DNA of 64,000 nucleotides from the NCBI RefSeq assembly GCF_030684315.1, contig NC_081354.1:130983314-131047313 (forward strand), read 5' to 3'. Shown piece after piece: positions 13,580 to 26,424 of the stretch (positions within the stretch are counted from its first letter, which is position 1; every line of letters begins with the position of its first letter). The stretch is from Stegostoma tigrinum. Its lineage: Eukaryota. The position numbers and the translations under genes are program-made. The notes under the pieces were generated by a model. It was not told the DNA's origin and did no database searches. It was given only the letters and a program-made list of their open reading frames with translations.

Positions 13580-13797
13580 ATAATGGGAACTGCAGATGCT
13601 GGAGAATCCAAGATAATAAAATGTGAGGCTGGATGAACACAGCAGGCCCAGCAGCATCTCAGGAGCACAAAAGCTGACGTTTCGGGCCCAGACCCTTCAT
13701 CCTCTCTGATGAAGGGTCTAGGCCCGAAACGTCAGCTTTTGTGCTCCTGAGATGCTGCTTGGCCTGCTGTGTTCATCCAGCCTCACATTTTATTATC
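13580..13797. mobile_element. PLE family A inverted (hairpin) insertion
   Basis: About 92-bp inverted arms (13610-13701 / 13708-13799, 2 mismatches, 6-nt loop); 16-bp direct repeat TTAATAATATAAAGTG at 13564-13579 and 13798-13813. Confidence 0.92.
13702..13737 (+). ncRNA. Minimal type I hammerhead ribozyme (intact core)
   Basis: CTGATGA (13706-12), extra A, GGG/TCTAGG/CCC stem II, GAAAC (13726-30), GTC (13731-33); predicted cleavage after C13733. Confidence 0.75.
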
Positions 13798-14439
13798 TTA
13801 ATAATATAAAGTGTTAATTTTTGTATAAGTTATAAATTTGATGTCCAAGGTTTGATTTTTGTAAAGCCTGCTTAGGAACAATTAAGCAATTTTGAGAGTC
13901 ATCGAAGTTTTAAGATCACTGCGTTGTGAATCCAATGATATTGAGGGTCATTTGTCTTGTTGTAACAGTGAAATAATAATATATTACTGTGGAATGATAG
14001 AATCTTTATTCAAAAATATCTGCATGATAATATTTGCTGACAAACATACTTAGCAAGGAATGATATAAAGCAATAACTTAATAAATCTTTTTGGACTACC
14101 AACTTTATTCAATTTATTAATCCCATAAGACCTGATTCTTCATGTTCTTGTACTCCTTGGATGTTTTGAGTTAAAACTGCAGCTCTGGCTAGCATCTGAA
14201 GAGGGCATTTGCCCCATCTGTTCACCTTTCCCAAGCTCAAACAGAAAATTGAGTTGGTTGCCATTCATGCATCAGGGCACTCTGGCTGAAGACAGCACTT
14301 GTAATCTTCATATCTATACAACCACAAACTTAGGCCCGAACATGCCTTGTTCCATTCTTTCTTAACATAAATGTGCACCTTCACTGTGTAGAATTAACCT
14401 GTGGCAGATTAATATTTTTGAAAACAAGTGTATAAAGTG

Positions 14440-17400
14440 TTTTGAGAACTGAACGCAGGATTTATCGACAGCAACGTTATTCATTTTGGAAGGAAGAACA
14501 AAGCAGAGTGTTATTTAAATGGAAAGAAACTGCAGAAAGCTACAATTCGAAAGGATTTGGGATATTTGTGCATGACCAATAAGGCAAGGAACCAACTCGA
14601 GAGCAAACCAACCTAGACTGGCTGTTGTGTAATGTGAGAGGATTAATTAGTAACATTGTGTGTTAAAGATCCTTTAGGAAAGAGTGACCATAATATGGGA
14701 GAATTGTTCATTAAGATAGAGTGTGACAAATTAAATCTGAAACTAGGGTACTGAACTTAAAGAAAACTACCTTTGATGGTATGAAGCATGCATTGGCTAG
14801 GATAAGCTGGCCAAAGATACTTAGGGGGTTGACCATGGATTAGCAATGGCAGACATTTAAAGAACCCATTAATGTACTTCAACGATTGTACATCTCTATC
14901 TGGCGCGTAGGAACTGTGGCTAACAAGGGAAATCAGGGATCATGTTAAAGCCAAACAAGAGGCACATAAATTGGCTAAGATGAAAACAGCAAATTTGAGG
15001 ACTGGCAGAAATTTAAAATTGAGCAGAGGAGGACAAAGGGTTTAATTTGAAAGGGGAAAGTAGAATATAAAAGTAAGCTTGTGGAAAACAAAAAAAAAAC
15101 TGACTGCAGTTTCTTCTACAGATATATGAAGACAAAAAGACTTGTGAAGACAAATGTAGATCTCTTGCAGTGAGAATCAGGTGAATTCATAATGGACAAC
15201 AAAGAGATAGTAGACCAGTTGAACAAATACTTTGGATCTGCCTTCAATAAGGAGGATACAAGTAACCCTTTCAGAAATGCTAGGGGGCAGAGGATCAAGC
15301 ATGAAGAAAGAGCTGAAGGAAATCCTTATGAGTCAGGAAGTAATATTAGGGAAACAGATGGGATTAAAACCCAATAAGTCTCTGGACCTGATGCTCTGCA
15401 TCCCAGAGTACTTAAGGAAGTGGCCCTAGAAATACTGGATGCATTGGTGATCATTTTCTAACATTCTGTAGACTCTGGAAGAGTTCCAATGGACTGGAGT
15501 ATAGTTAATGTAATCCCAGTCTCTAAAAAATGAGGGAGAAAGGAGATGGTGGATTGTAGGCCAGTTAGTCTGACATCAGTGGTGAGGAAATTGCTGGAGT
15601 CAATTATTAAGGATGTAATAACTGAGCATTTGGAAAGTGGTGACAGAATTGGTCTTAGTCAGCATGGATTCACAAAAGGGAAATCATGCTTGACAAATTT
15701 TCTGCAATGTTTTGAGGATGTGACCAGTAGAGTGGACAAGGGTGTATCAGTAGATGTTATGTATCTGGGCTTTCAAAAGGCTTTTGCCAAGGTTCTCGCA
15801 AGAGATTAGTAAGGAAAATTAAAGCTCATGGAATCAGAGATAATGTGTTGACATGGATAATGAACTCGGTGGCAGACAGGAAGAGAGAGTTAGAATAAAT
15901 GGGTCCTCTTCAGCGAAGCAGGCATTGATGAGTGGGATACCGCAGGGTTCAGTGCTTTGACCCCTGCTATTTACAATATATATTAATGATTTGGATGAAG
16001 GAATTGAATATAATACCTCCAAATTTGCACATGACACTAATCTGGGTGGCAGTGTGGACTGTGAGGAGGTTGCTAAGAGGCTGCATGGTGACTTGGACAG
16101 AATGGTTGAATGGGCAAATACTTGACAAATGCAATATAATGTGGATAAATGTGAGGTTATCCACTTTGGTCGCAAAAACAGGTAGGCAGACTATTATCTG
16201 AATAGTGGTAGTTTAGGAAAAGGTGGGGTGCAGAAAGACCTGGGTGTCATGGTGGAACAGTCACTGTAGGATGGCATGTAGGTATAGCAGGCAATGAGGA
16301 AAGCTAATGGCATGCTGGCCTTCATAGCAAGAGGATTTGAGTATTGGAGTAAGGATGTCTAGCTGCAGTTAAACAGGACCTTGGTGAGACCACACCTTGA
16401 GTATCGTGTGCCATTTTGGTCTCCTAATCTGAGGAGGGATATTCGTTCTATTAAGAGAGTCTAATGAAGGCTCACCAAACTGATTCCTTGGATGGGAGGA
16501 CTAACAAATGAGGAAAGACTGGATCGACTGGGCTTGTACTTGTTAGAATTTAGGAGATCGAGGGGGGCATCTCTTAGAAAAATATAAAATCCTGACGGGA
16601 CTGGACAGGCTAGATGTGGAAAGAATGTTCCTAATGTTGGGGAAATCCAGAACTAGGTGCCACAGTCTAACAGTAAGGGGTAAGCCATTCAGGGCTGAGA
16701 GGAGAAAGAATTTCTTCACTTGAGAGTTGTGAACCTGTGGAATTCTCTCTCACAGAAAGCTGTTGGGGCCAGTTCATTACATATATTCATGAAGGAGCTG
16801 GACGTGGCCCTTATAGCTAAAAGGATCAAGGCATATGGAGAGAAAGTGGGAATGGAATACTGAGAAAGGCATGATCAGCCATGGTCATATTGAATGGTGG
16901 TGCAGATTTGAAGGGCTGAGTGGTCTACTCCTGCACCTATTTTCTATGTTTGTATGTTTCTATGGAACACAAAAAGTTAGCATAAAGGTGCAGCAGGTAA
17001 TCAAGAAAGCTATTGGAATGTTGGTCCTTATTTGAAAGGAGTATCAGAGTAGGGAAGTCTAACTGCAGCTATACAATGTGCTGGTGAGACCACAGCTGGT
17101 GAGCTGTGAGACATTTTGGTCTTCTTAGTTAAGGGAAGATATCATTTAATTGGAGGCAGCTCAACAAAGATCTATTAGTATGATCCCTGATATGGAGATA
17201 GTTTCTTAAGATTCAACAGTTTTGGATTCTATTCACAGGAGTTTAGAAGAATGAGAGTTGATCTCACATAGGATTCTTAAGGGGCTTAGCGGGGTACAAA
17301 CTGAGAGGATGTTTCCCCTCACAGGAGAGTCTAGGACCAAAGACCATAGTCTCAGAATGAAAGGGTCCCAATTTAAGCCCGAGATGAGGAGGAATTTCTT

Positions 17401-17640
17401 CTCTGAGGCATTTGAATCTTTGGAAATCCTTGCCACAGAGAGCTTCAGGGCTGAGTCTTTGTGTATGTTTAAGTTGAGATAGATAGATTCATGATCAGTA
17501 GGGGAATCAAGGGTTATGAGGGAAGAGCGGGAAAGTGAACATGAGGAATGTCAGATCAGCCACGATCTTATTGAATGGCAAACTAGATTCAGAGGCCAAA
17601 TAGCCTACTCCCATTCCTATTTCTTACGGCCTGATGGTCA
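14440..17640 (+). mobile_element. CR1-type LINE (about 14590-16960) nested in an older CR1 fragment
   Basis: RT motifs RPVSLTSVVRKLLESIIKD and QHGFTKGKSCLTNFL; tail TTCTATGTTTGTATGTTTCTATG at about 16945-16963; the outer copy breaks at about 14575 and resumes at about 16964. Confidence 0.9.
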
Positions 17641-17842
17641 ACATAGTGCTACAACAACTTAGTGAAATTTGCTACACTTGACCTCTGCGGATACAGGTTA
17701 CAACTACACCCTGTTGATAAGAGCGTTCCCAATAGAAGACTCCTGGTGGAAGTTTAAAAAATTGTGAGACACATGAATAGAGTAACCAGAATGTTTTTTG
17801 TTCTCCCCCGGCGTATAAGTGTTAAGTTAAAAAAAAACTAAA

Positions 17843-18753
17843 GAACTGTAAATGCTGGAAATCAGAAAGAAAAACAAAAATTACTGGAAATATTCAGCAG
17901 GTCTGGCAGCATCTGTGGACAGAAATCATAATAAATGTTCTGAAGATGGTTCACTGGACCTGAAACATCCATTCTGCTTTCTCTTTACAGAAATTGGAAG
18001 TCATGTTGAGAGTGTGCAGGACATCAGTGAGACCTATTCCGAAATATTGTGCCCAATTCTGGTTGTCCAGTTTAGGAAGGTTATTTTTAAGCTGGAGAGG
18101 GTTCAGAAGAGATTTATTAGATAGACATATGGATGATAGTATGAGGTAGGGGTGGAGGTTAGATATACCTTATGATTAGGGTAAAAGTTTGGCTCAACAT
18201 CGTGGGCTGAAGAGCCTGTACTGTGCTGTACTGTTCTATGTTCTGTGTTCTATATATACCAGGATGTTGTCGGGTATGGAAGGTTTGAGTCATAAGGAAA
18301 AGCTGGATAGGCTGGGAATTTTTTTCACTGGAGCATGGGAGGCTGAGAAGTGACCGAATAAAAGTTTATAAAATAGTGAGGGGTATAGATAGAATTAATG
18401 GTAGTTTTCTTTTCCCTAGAATGGGGGATTTCAAGACTAGGGGGCACATTTTTAAGGTGAGAGGAGAATGATTTAAAACAGGCACATGCAACAATTTTTT
18501 TACACGGGGGTGGTTCACGTGTGAAATGAACTTCCTGAGAAAGCGGTGGATGTGGGTAGAATTACAACATTTAAACGGCATTTGGATAAGTACATGGATA
18601 GGAAAGGTTTGGAGGGATATGGGCCAGGAGCAGGCAGGTAGGACTAGTTTAGTTTGGGACTATGGTCAGCATGGACCGAAAAGTCTGTTTCATGACTATA
18701 TGACTCTATGCTGCCAGACCTGCTGAGTTTTTGCAGCAATTTCTGTTTTTGTT
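17843..18753. mobile_element. PLE family D hairpin interrupted by CR1 fragments
   Basis: Left part 17843-17990 contains CTGAAGATGGTTCACTGGACCTGAAACATC; the right arm resumes at about 18708 (TGCTGCCAGACCTGCTGAGT); CR1 pieces (KLERVQKRFIR) fill about 17993-18707. Confidence 0.7.
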
Positions 18754-19731
18754 ATAAATATCAATTACTCAAGGACAAAGGTTTAAGGTAAAAAGGGCTA
18801 AGTTTAAAGGAGATATGAGAAGCAGGTTTTTAAACAGAAGGTGATGTATCTGGCGTGCTCTGCCAGAGGAGGTGGGGGCGGTGGATACAATAGCAATGTT
18901 TTTAGGTTAGAAAGACATAATGTGTCAGTTCAATTTTGTTGGACTGAATGGCCTGTTTCTGTGCTGTACTATTCTTTGTTCTTCTTTGTTCTTTGTTATC
19001 CATATTCTATACTGTGTTTGTGGCATGTTTTGATGTGAATCCCCTACTGCTAAAGAGACTATCAGACTAATTCTAACCTAACTGCTAATGCTGGACAGGG
19101 GAGGGGAAGTTAATGAACAAAGGGTCCAGGTGTGCGAACCATTAAAAGCTCACTTGCAGGTGCAAAAAATTGATCAGAAAGGCTTATATGATATGGAACT
19201 TCACCAAAAGATATTGAGAAGATAAAAGCAAACTGATACTACTGCAACTATTCAAAGTTTAGTTATCTGGAGCCAACCCTCAGAAAGATAAGATGATGGC
19301 CTTAAATAAAATCCAACCATGATTCACAAATGACATATAGGATGAAGCATTTGATTTATGATGGGAAACTGGGTAAATTCAGATTATACTCCTTGCAGGA
19401 ATACAGACCCAATATCATTGAAGCATTTCCAATAACAAAGTGATCTGCCAAGATTGATGAAGAATAATTCTTCCTTTTAGTATAATGTAGAAAGAAAAGA
19501 GCATAAGGGTTAAACGGTCTAATCAATGCTGCCAAATGTATTATGATGCTTGAAGTGCTGGAGTCACCTTTAATGTGACATGAAAGTTTGAAAATTGCTC
19601 ATTATTATGTAAGCACAACTCAGAACAATGCAGAATACAAGAATTTTTATGTGGCATGGCTGTGCAATTATTGATCAAACTAATTGAATCAAAGAAATGT
19701 GTTAATTCAAAGCAAAGGTTTATTATGAAAC

Positions 19732-20252
19732 ATAGGAACATAGAAAATAGGTGCATACTAGGCCAATCGGCCCTTCAAGCCTGCACCACCATTCAATATC
19801 CTCGTGGCTGATCATGCAATCTCAGTACCCCACTTCCGCTTTCTGTCCTTACCCTTGATCCCTTTAGCTGCAAGCGTCAAATCCAATTCCGTCTTCAATA
19901 TGTGTAACAAACTGGCTCCAACAGCTTTCTGTGCAAGAGAATTCCACAGGTTCAAAAATCTCTAAGTGAAGCAGTTCTTCCTCATCTCAGTCCCAAATGG
20001 TTTACGCCTTATTCTTAGACTGTCACCCTTTGTTCTGGAATTCTGCAACATCAGGAACATTCTTCCCACATGTAGTGTGTCCAGTCCTGTCAAGATTTTG
20101 TATACTTCTATGAGATCCTCCTCATTCTTCTAAATTTTAGCGAGTACAAGCCCAGTTGATCTAGTCTTTCTTCATATGTCAGTGCTGCCATCCAGGGAAT
20201 CAGTCTCGTGTACCTTCATTGGACTCCCTCAATAGGAAGAATGTCCTTCCTC
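19732..20252 (-). mobile_element. CR1-type LINE 3' end
   Basis: Reverse complement of the CR1 3' region, with tail CATAGGAACATAGAA. Confidence 0.85.
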
Positions 20253-20395
20253 ACGAAGCATAGGTGGAACACCAAAAAATACTTCCAGTCATTCAGTATC
20301 ACTGGAATAAATAATACCATTTCCCAATGTTTATTTTCTTCAAATTGCTGAAACATCATTCAAGGCTTTTTTTTACTTGCTTTATGCAAGTTCAA

Positions 20396-20672
20396 GGAAT
20401 CCCTACAGTGTGAAAACGGGCTATTTGGTCCATTGATGCTGCACTGACCCTCCAAAGAGGTTTCCAACGTTTACTTCTGAACTCCCCATTTTAGCATGGC
20501 CAATTCACCTACACTGCACATCTTTGGACCAAAGGAGGAATCTGGGGTACCCACAGAAACTCATGCAGACCCAGAGAGAATGTATAAACTTCACACAGAC
20601 AATCACCCAAGGTTGAAACAAAACCAGGTTTCTGGCACAGTGAGGCAGCAGGGCAAACCACTGAGCCACCAT
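20396..20672 (-). mobile_element. HE1-type tRNA-derived SINE (degenerate)
   Basis: Matches the copies at 24913 and 45404. Confidence 0.75.
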
Positions 20673-20744
20673 ACTACCCAAGTTGATCTATCAGAGAAGC
20701 CATTATGCCACAGATCATTTTGAGCTCGAAAATAGGATACAATT

Positions 20745-21175
20745 TCATTGACAGTTAGTTGTCACTTAGCCATGGCACTGTCACCCATGAAGTGCAGGTT
20801 CAATTCTCATTCCAAGTACTTGTGTTATCTATTGTTTACACTTCAGTTTAGGACTGAGGAAATGCTGTGCTGTTGGAGGCCTAATCATTTTGAAGCAAAT
20901 GTTAACCTGAAGTCCTGTCTGATTCCACCTCATGACAGAATTTTGGAGATTAGGACAGCAGTTTTCTTGATGCTCTGACCTTCTTAAACCCCAACCAACA
21001 TTATTAATGAATAGGCTATTTGCCCATTATCCTATTGTTGCTTGTTGGACTGTGCAGACCAAAAGGAACTCTCACTTTTTGAAGTGACCAGGCTTCAAAT
21101 GTGCCTCATTTGTTGTATAGCACTTCAGGTATCTTGGGGTAATGAAGGCACTGTATGTCAATATAAGTTTCCTTC
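20745..21175 (+). mobile_element. DeuSINE (SacSINE1/AmnSINE1-like) relic
   Basis: GGACTGAGGAAATGCTGTGCTGTTGGAGG...TGTTAACCTGAAGTCCTGTCTG resembles the SacSINE1 body (from recall, not aligned). Confidence 0.5.
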
Positions 21176-21191
21176 CTTCTTTAGTTTTTAA

Positions 21192-21570
21192 TGGGGAAGC
21201 AAAGCCCTAATGGGTATTTTCACTAGTCTATTAATCCAGAAACTCAGCTAATGTTCTGAGGATGCAAGTTTGAATCCCACCATAGCAGATGGTGGAATTT
21301 GAATTCAATACAAAAAAGTCTGGAGTTAAGATTCTACTAATGACCATGAAACTATTATAGATTGTCAGGGAAAACCCATTTGGCTCATTAATGCCTTTCA
21401 GGGAAGGAAATCTGCCATTCTGACCTGGTCTGGTCTCCATGTGACTCCAGGTGGTTAACTGTCAAGATCCCTCTGAAACGGCCTAGCAAGCTATTCATTT
21501 CAAGGGCAGCTCGGGGTGGGCAACAAACATCGGCCAGCCAGCAACCCCATAATGCACGAGTGAATGAAAA
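21192..21570 (+). mobile_element. tRNA-derived SINE, family B
   Basis: Collinear with 25573-25910 and 33100-33440; core GGGAAGGAAATCTGCC...CATGTGACTCCAG; tail AAGGGCAGCTCGGGGTGGGCAACAAA. Confidence 0.75.
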
Positions 21571-21952
21571 AAAACTGATGTCCTAGTCCCTGACACATCG
21601 TATTCTAAGTGAGTTTCCTTCAACTCAGCTTGTCTTTACCCATTTCTAAATGCTTTCCTGGTGATTATATCTATTCACCCAAACCTGCCTTTTGTTGCAT
21701 TAATCTAAATCTTCTCTTCTGCACTCTGACCAAATTTGCTGAAGCACTCATATGTTTGTGGACTTTGTCCCTTCCTGTCCCATGCCGGTTACCATTGTCC
21801 ATGTCGTTGAACAGAATTATTGTCTTCTCCCTTCTCTTTAACTTTTGGAAACATCCCTTTCAATGACTCCCTCCTCCCCACTACCTCAGCAACAAGCAAT
21901 AAGCAGCCTTATGAAAACTGTAAACTATTTAATCCCATCAAAACTGAATCTC

Positions 21953-22020
21953 TGATAACAAAGGGTGGAGCTGGATGAACACAGCAGGCCAAGCAGCATC
22001 TTAGGACCACAAAAGCTGAT
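21953..22020 (-). mobile_element. Partial PLE terminal repeat (family A)
   Basis: GATAACAAAGGGTGGAGCTGGATGAACACAGCAGGCCAAGCAGCATC...AAAAGCTGAT. Confidence 0.8.
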
Positions 22021-22139
22021 GGGCAATCGACCAAGTGCAGGTTGATGAGATTGGAGTAATTTGGTGTTTGTTTGATAGTGTAGGCATGGTGGGCCAAAGG
22101 ACCTGTTTCTCTCCTGCATGACTCATGATTCAAAATGGC

Positions 22140-22665
22140 TGCTTTGTCCTGGATGAGGCTTCTTGATTGTTGCTAAAGCTGCACTCAAGCAGGAACTTGA
22201 GGAGTATTCTATTATGCTCCTTACTTGTAACTTATTGATGGTGAACAGCTTTGAGGAGTCAGGAAATGAGTGGTTTGCTGTGGGCTTCCTAGTCTCTGAA
22301 CTGCTCTTGTATCCACTGTATTTATACGATTAGTCCAGTTGAATTTCTGGTCAATGGTAACTTCCAGGATGTTGGCAGTGGGAGATTCAGTGATGGTATC
22401 GCCATTGAATGTCAAGTGAGTGGTGTTGGTTAGATTTTCTCTTGTTGCTTTGTATTTGTGTGGCACAAATTACTTGTCACTTTTGAGCCAAAGCTTGAAT
22501 ATTGTATACATCTTTCTGCATTTCGGCATGGACTGTTTCAGAGCATGTGGAATTGTGAGTGGTGCTGAACATTGTACAAACATCAGTCACCATCGCAATT
22601 TCCAACCTAACAGTGGAGAAAATGTCATTGATGAAGCAGCTGAAGATGGTTGGGCCTAAGACAGT
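22140..22665 (-). mobile_element. Non-LTR retrotransposon RT fragment, second lineage (CR1/L2 group)
   Basis: VLGPTIFSCFINDI...AMVTDVCTMFS and ILEVTIDQKFNWTNRINTV...QRLG. Confidence 0.8.
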
Positions 22666-24069
22666 ATCCACTCAAAGTGAAGCATGCTCTACTCCTGTTC
22701 CTCTAACTGATTACCAAGCAGGCAGACAGAAAGATTTTAACTGCATGTGCAACTTTAGTAACAAGCCACATTGAAGTTCTTATCTTCAGGGATATAATAA
22801 GCTTCTGCCCTGCGCCTCCAACAGTTTCTCAGTGTTCTCAGAATACAGAAACCAAGGAGCAAACAGACTGGTATGAATCATTACAGAGAGTGTTGGCGTG
22901 TAGAATGCACTGCTGGCAGTCGTAGTGGGTCAGATACTTCAGAGACTTTTCAGTGACTCTTGGATAGGTACGTGGATGACAGTAAAATGTAGGGTATGTG
23001 GCGTAGATTGATCTTAGTAGAATAATAGGTAGACACAACATCGTGGGCTGAAGGGCCTATATTGTGCTGTACTGTTCTATGTTCTAAATAGTATGGTGTT
23101 GCACTGAAGTTACTTTGTAAGTGAGCTCAGATTCTGAGTAACCCTACGTGGGTGAGAAAACCTTTTACCATTATGCCATGAAAGAGCTGGAAATATAAAC
23201 CCATAGTATCAGAACACTGCAAGACTTTGAACATGTTTGATACAACATGCAGGTAGTTCTATTGTGGAGAGGGGCAGGAGATAGAAGGAATAGAGAGTGG
23301 AAAAAGTTGCATTTTTTATTGAAGCCTAAGATGATCTTTTTACTATTTGCAGTGATATTTACAGCTGCCAGGCACAAGACAAAAAAATTTCTGATTTATA
23401 TCCAAAATGGCTTTAGCTATTTCTCATCCAGATACGACAACGAAAGAAAGAACTGACAGGTGTATTCAAAAGTGTTCATATGATACCTGAGTCAATGGTC
23501 CATCTCACTGATATCTATAGTTTAATCAGCAAGGGGAAATTTTTTTTTGTGTGTGTGTAGGTTCGTGGGTAGCACATCAAGCAGAGACAAGCCTGTTCAA
23601 TTTTGTCTGTGATAAAGCAGTAAACCGATACTGCATAAGTGTGAAGCTACACACAAAATTTATGCTTCAAAGATAAGAGTAAAAATTAGTATCAAATGTC
23701 TTAAGATGATCAAATTTTACAGGAGATACCTAATCAGCAACACCAGGTAAACTATTTTTCAATCCTCACATTGAAAGTATTTACCAAAATAAGAGAACAT
23801 GGAACAAGACATTTCCTAATACATTTTATAAGGTACAAGGCAAGGGATGATAGTGTAAAAAAAAGTGACAATTTCCATCTTAATTGCCTATTATTAACAT
23901 CAGGTGTTCCAAGTTGGATATGGTGTAGTCAAATACAGAATAACATTAAACCTGCCTTTGAAGTAGGAATACCCTTCGCTACCTCACAAGGATACATCTG
24001 TGAGTCCAAATCCTCCTCCCAACCCCATACAAACACACCATCATCATATTGATTAGGGTTCCCCTGCAA

Positions 24070-25440
24070 TGTCATGGAGTAATAAAGTCCTACAGCACAA
24101 AACCAGGCCCTTCAGCCCAAACAGGTCTATGCCAAACGACATGTCCAACCATGCTAACCCCACTTCCCTGCAATTGGCCCATATTCTCCTAAACGTGACC
24201 TGTCTATGTATTTGTCCAAATGCCTTTTAAATGTTGTTAATGTATCTGTCTCATCCACTTCTGCTGGCAGCTTGTTCCAAATGTGTACCACCCTCTGTGT
24301 AAAAACACTTGCCCGTCAGGTTCCGTGCATCCTTTCCCCTCTTAGTTCAAACTGATGCCCTTTAGTCCTCGATTCCCCAACGCTGGGAAAAAGACTGAGT
24401 GCATTCACCCAATCCATGCATCTCATGATCTTATACACTTCTATAAGACCCCCGTAATCTCCTAAAGAAAAACGTCCTAGCTTGTCCAACCTCTCCCTAT
24501 AACTCAGTCCCTTGAGTCCCAGCAACATTCTTGGAAACTTCTTCTGCACTCTTTCCAATTTAATAATATCTTTCCTATAGCAAGGTGGGCAAAACTGAGC
24601 ACAATACTCCAAGTGCAGCCTCACCAACATCCTGTACAACTGCAACATGGCTTCCCAACTTCTGTACTCAATGCCCTGACTGATGAAGGCCAGTATGCCA
24701 AAAGCTTTCTTCACTGCCCTATCTACCTGGGACTCCACTTTCAGAGACCTGTGAACCTGAATTCCAAGGTCCCTTTCTTCCACTATATTCCTAAATCCCC
24801 ACCATTCACAATAAAGCTCCTACCTTGATTTGACTTTCCAAAACACAATAGCTCACAGTTATCTGTGTTAAATCCCATTTGTTGTTTCTCAGCCCACTTT
24901 CCCAGTTGATCTAGATTCATAGAATCCCTACAGTGTGGAAACAGGCTCTTCAGCCCAACAAGTCCACACCGACCCACAGAGCATCCCACCTAGACCCATC
25001 CCCCTAATCCACATATCCATGAACACTACGGGCAATTTAGCATGGCCAATCCACTTTGCCTGCACATCTTTGGACTGTGGGAGGAAACCGGAGCATCCAG
25101 AGGAAACCCACGCACACACCGGGAGAATTTGCAAACTCCACACAGTCACCTAAGAGTGGAATTGAACCTGGGCTCCTGGCGCTGTGAGGCAGCAGTGCCA
25201 ACCACTGAGCCACTGTGCTGTGATCTTGTTGCAATTTCTGATAACCTCCCTCACTGTCTATGATACTGCTTATTTTAGTGTCATCTGCAAATTTACTAAT
25301 CCTGCCTTGTACATTGTCATCCAAATCATTGATATAGATATGAAAAAACAATGGACCCAGCACAGACCCCTGAGGCACACCACTAGCCATAGGCCTCCAG
25401 TCTGACAAGCAACATTCTACTATTACCCTCTGCATCTTAC
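24070..25440 (-). mobile_element. CR1-type LINE RT/3' fragment split by a SINE
   Basis: SGVPQGSVLGPLFFHIYINDLD...KFADDTK (25037-25435) and LEYCAQF...LERVQKKF (24316-24783). Confidence 0.9.
24913..25220 (-). mobile_element. HE1-type tRNA-derived SINE
   Basis: A box TGGCTCAGTGG and B box GGTTCAATTCC on the - strand; TSD TGATCT (24907-12 / 25221-26). Confidence 0.9.
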
Positions 25441-25572
25441 CATTATGTTCTCCAATGATGTATGCTGGGAGTCATTCACATAGATCCCCAGAGGAGATAT
25501 CTTGCCACTGTCTCTTATATTCCCACCTGCAATGAATTCTATTAGGTGTACAGCCTTGCACATATGCATGAG

Positions 25573-25910
25573 GGGGAGGCAATAGCCTTGTGGTATTATC
25601 GCTGAACCGTTAATCCAGAAACTCAGTTAACATTCTGGAGACCTGGATTTAAATCCCGCCATGGCAAATGGTGGAATTTGAATTCAATAAATATCTGGAA
25701 TTAAGAATCTAATGATGGTTGTGAATCCATTGTCGATTGTTGGAAAAAAACAGTATTGTTCACTAATGCTATTTAGGGAAGGAAACTGCCATCCTTACCT
25801 AGTCTGGCCTACATGTGACTCCAGACCCACAGCAATGTGGTTAACTCTTCACTGGGAAATTAGGGATGGGCAATAAATGGTATCTAGCCAGCAATGCTCT
25901 CATCCTGTGT
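25573..25910 (+). mobile_element. tRNA-derived SINE, family B
   Basis: Collinear with 21192-21570. Confidence 0.8.
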
Positions 25911-26275
25911 CTACAAAATCATGAGAAGGATAGACAGGGTGGAGAACAAGATGCGTTTTTCCCAGAGTAGGGGACTCAATTACTAGGGGTCATGATTTCA
26001 AGGTGAGAGGGGAAAAGTTTAAGGGAAATATGCATGGAAAGCTCTTTACGCAGAGGGTGGTGGATGCCTGGAATGTGTTGCCAGCAGAGGTGGTAGAGGT
26101 GGGCACAACAGCATCATTTAAGATGTTTCTATACATGAATGGGCAGGGAGCAGCGGGATACAGATCCTTGGAAAATCAGCGACAGGTTTAGATAGAGGAT
26201 CTGGATCCTCACAGGCTTGGAGGGCCGCAGGGCCTGTTCCTGTGCTGTAATTTTCTTTGTTTTTTTGTTCTTTGA
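25911..26275 (+). mobile_element. CR1-type LINE 3' end
   Basis: FTQRVVDAWNVLPAEVVE and a TTCTTTG-type tail. Confidence 0.8.
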
Positions 26276-26424
26276 AAAAAAATGAGTCTGTGCAACCAAA
26301 ACCTCTCCAAGATTTAGCATGCAAAATTTTCACTTGTCTTACTACTGTCCCATTTTGAAACTGAGACCTTTGTAAGTGTCTCCGAACCCCATCTCAAACC
26401 CATAGGGATTACACTTGCAAACCA

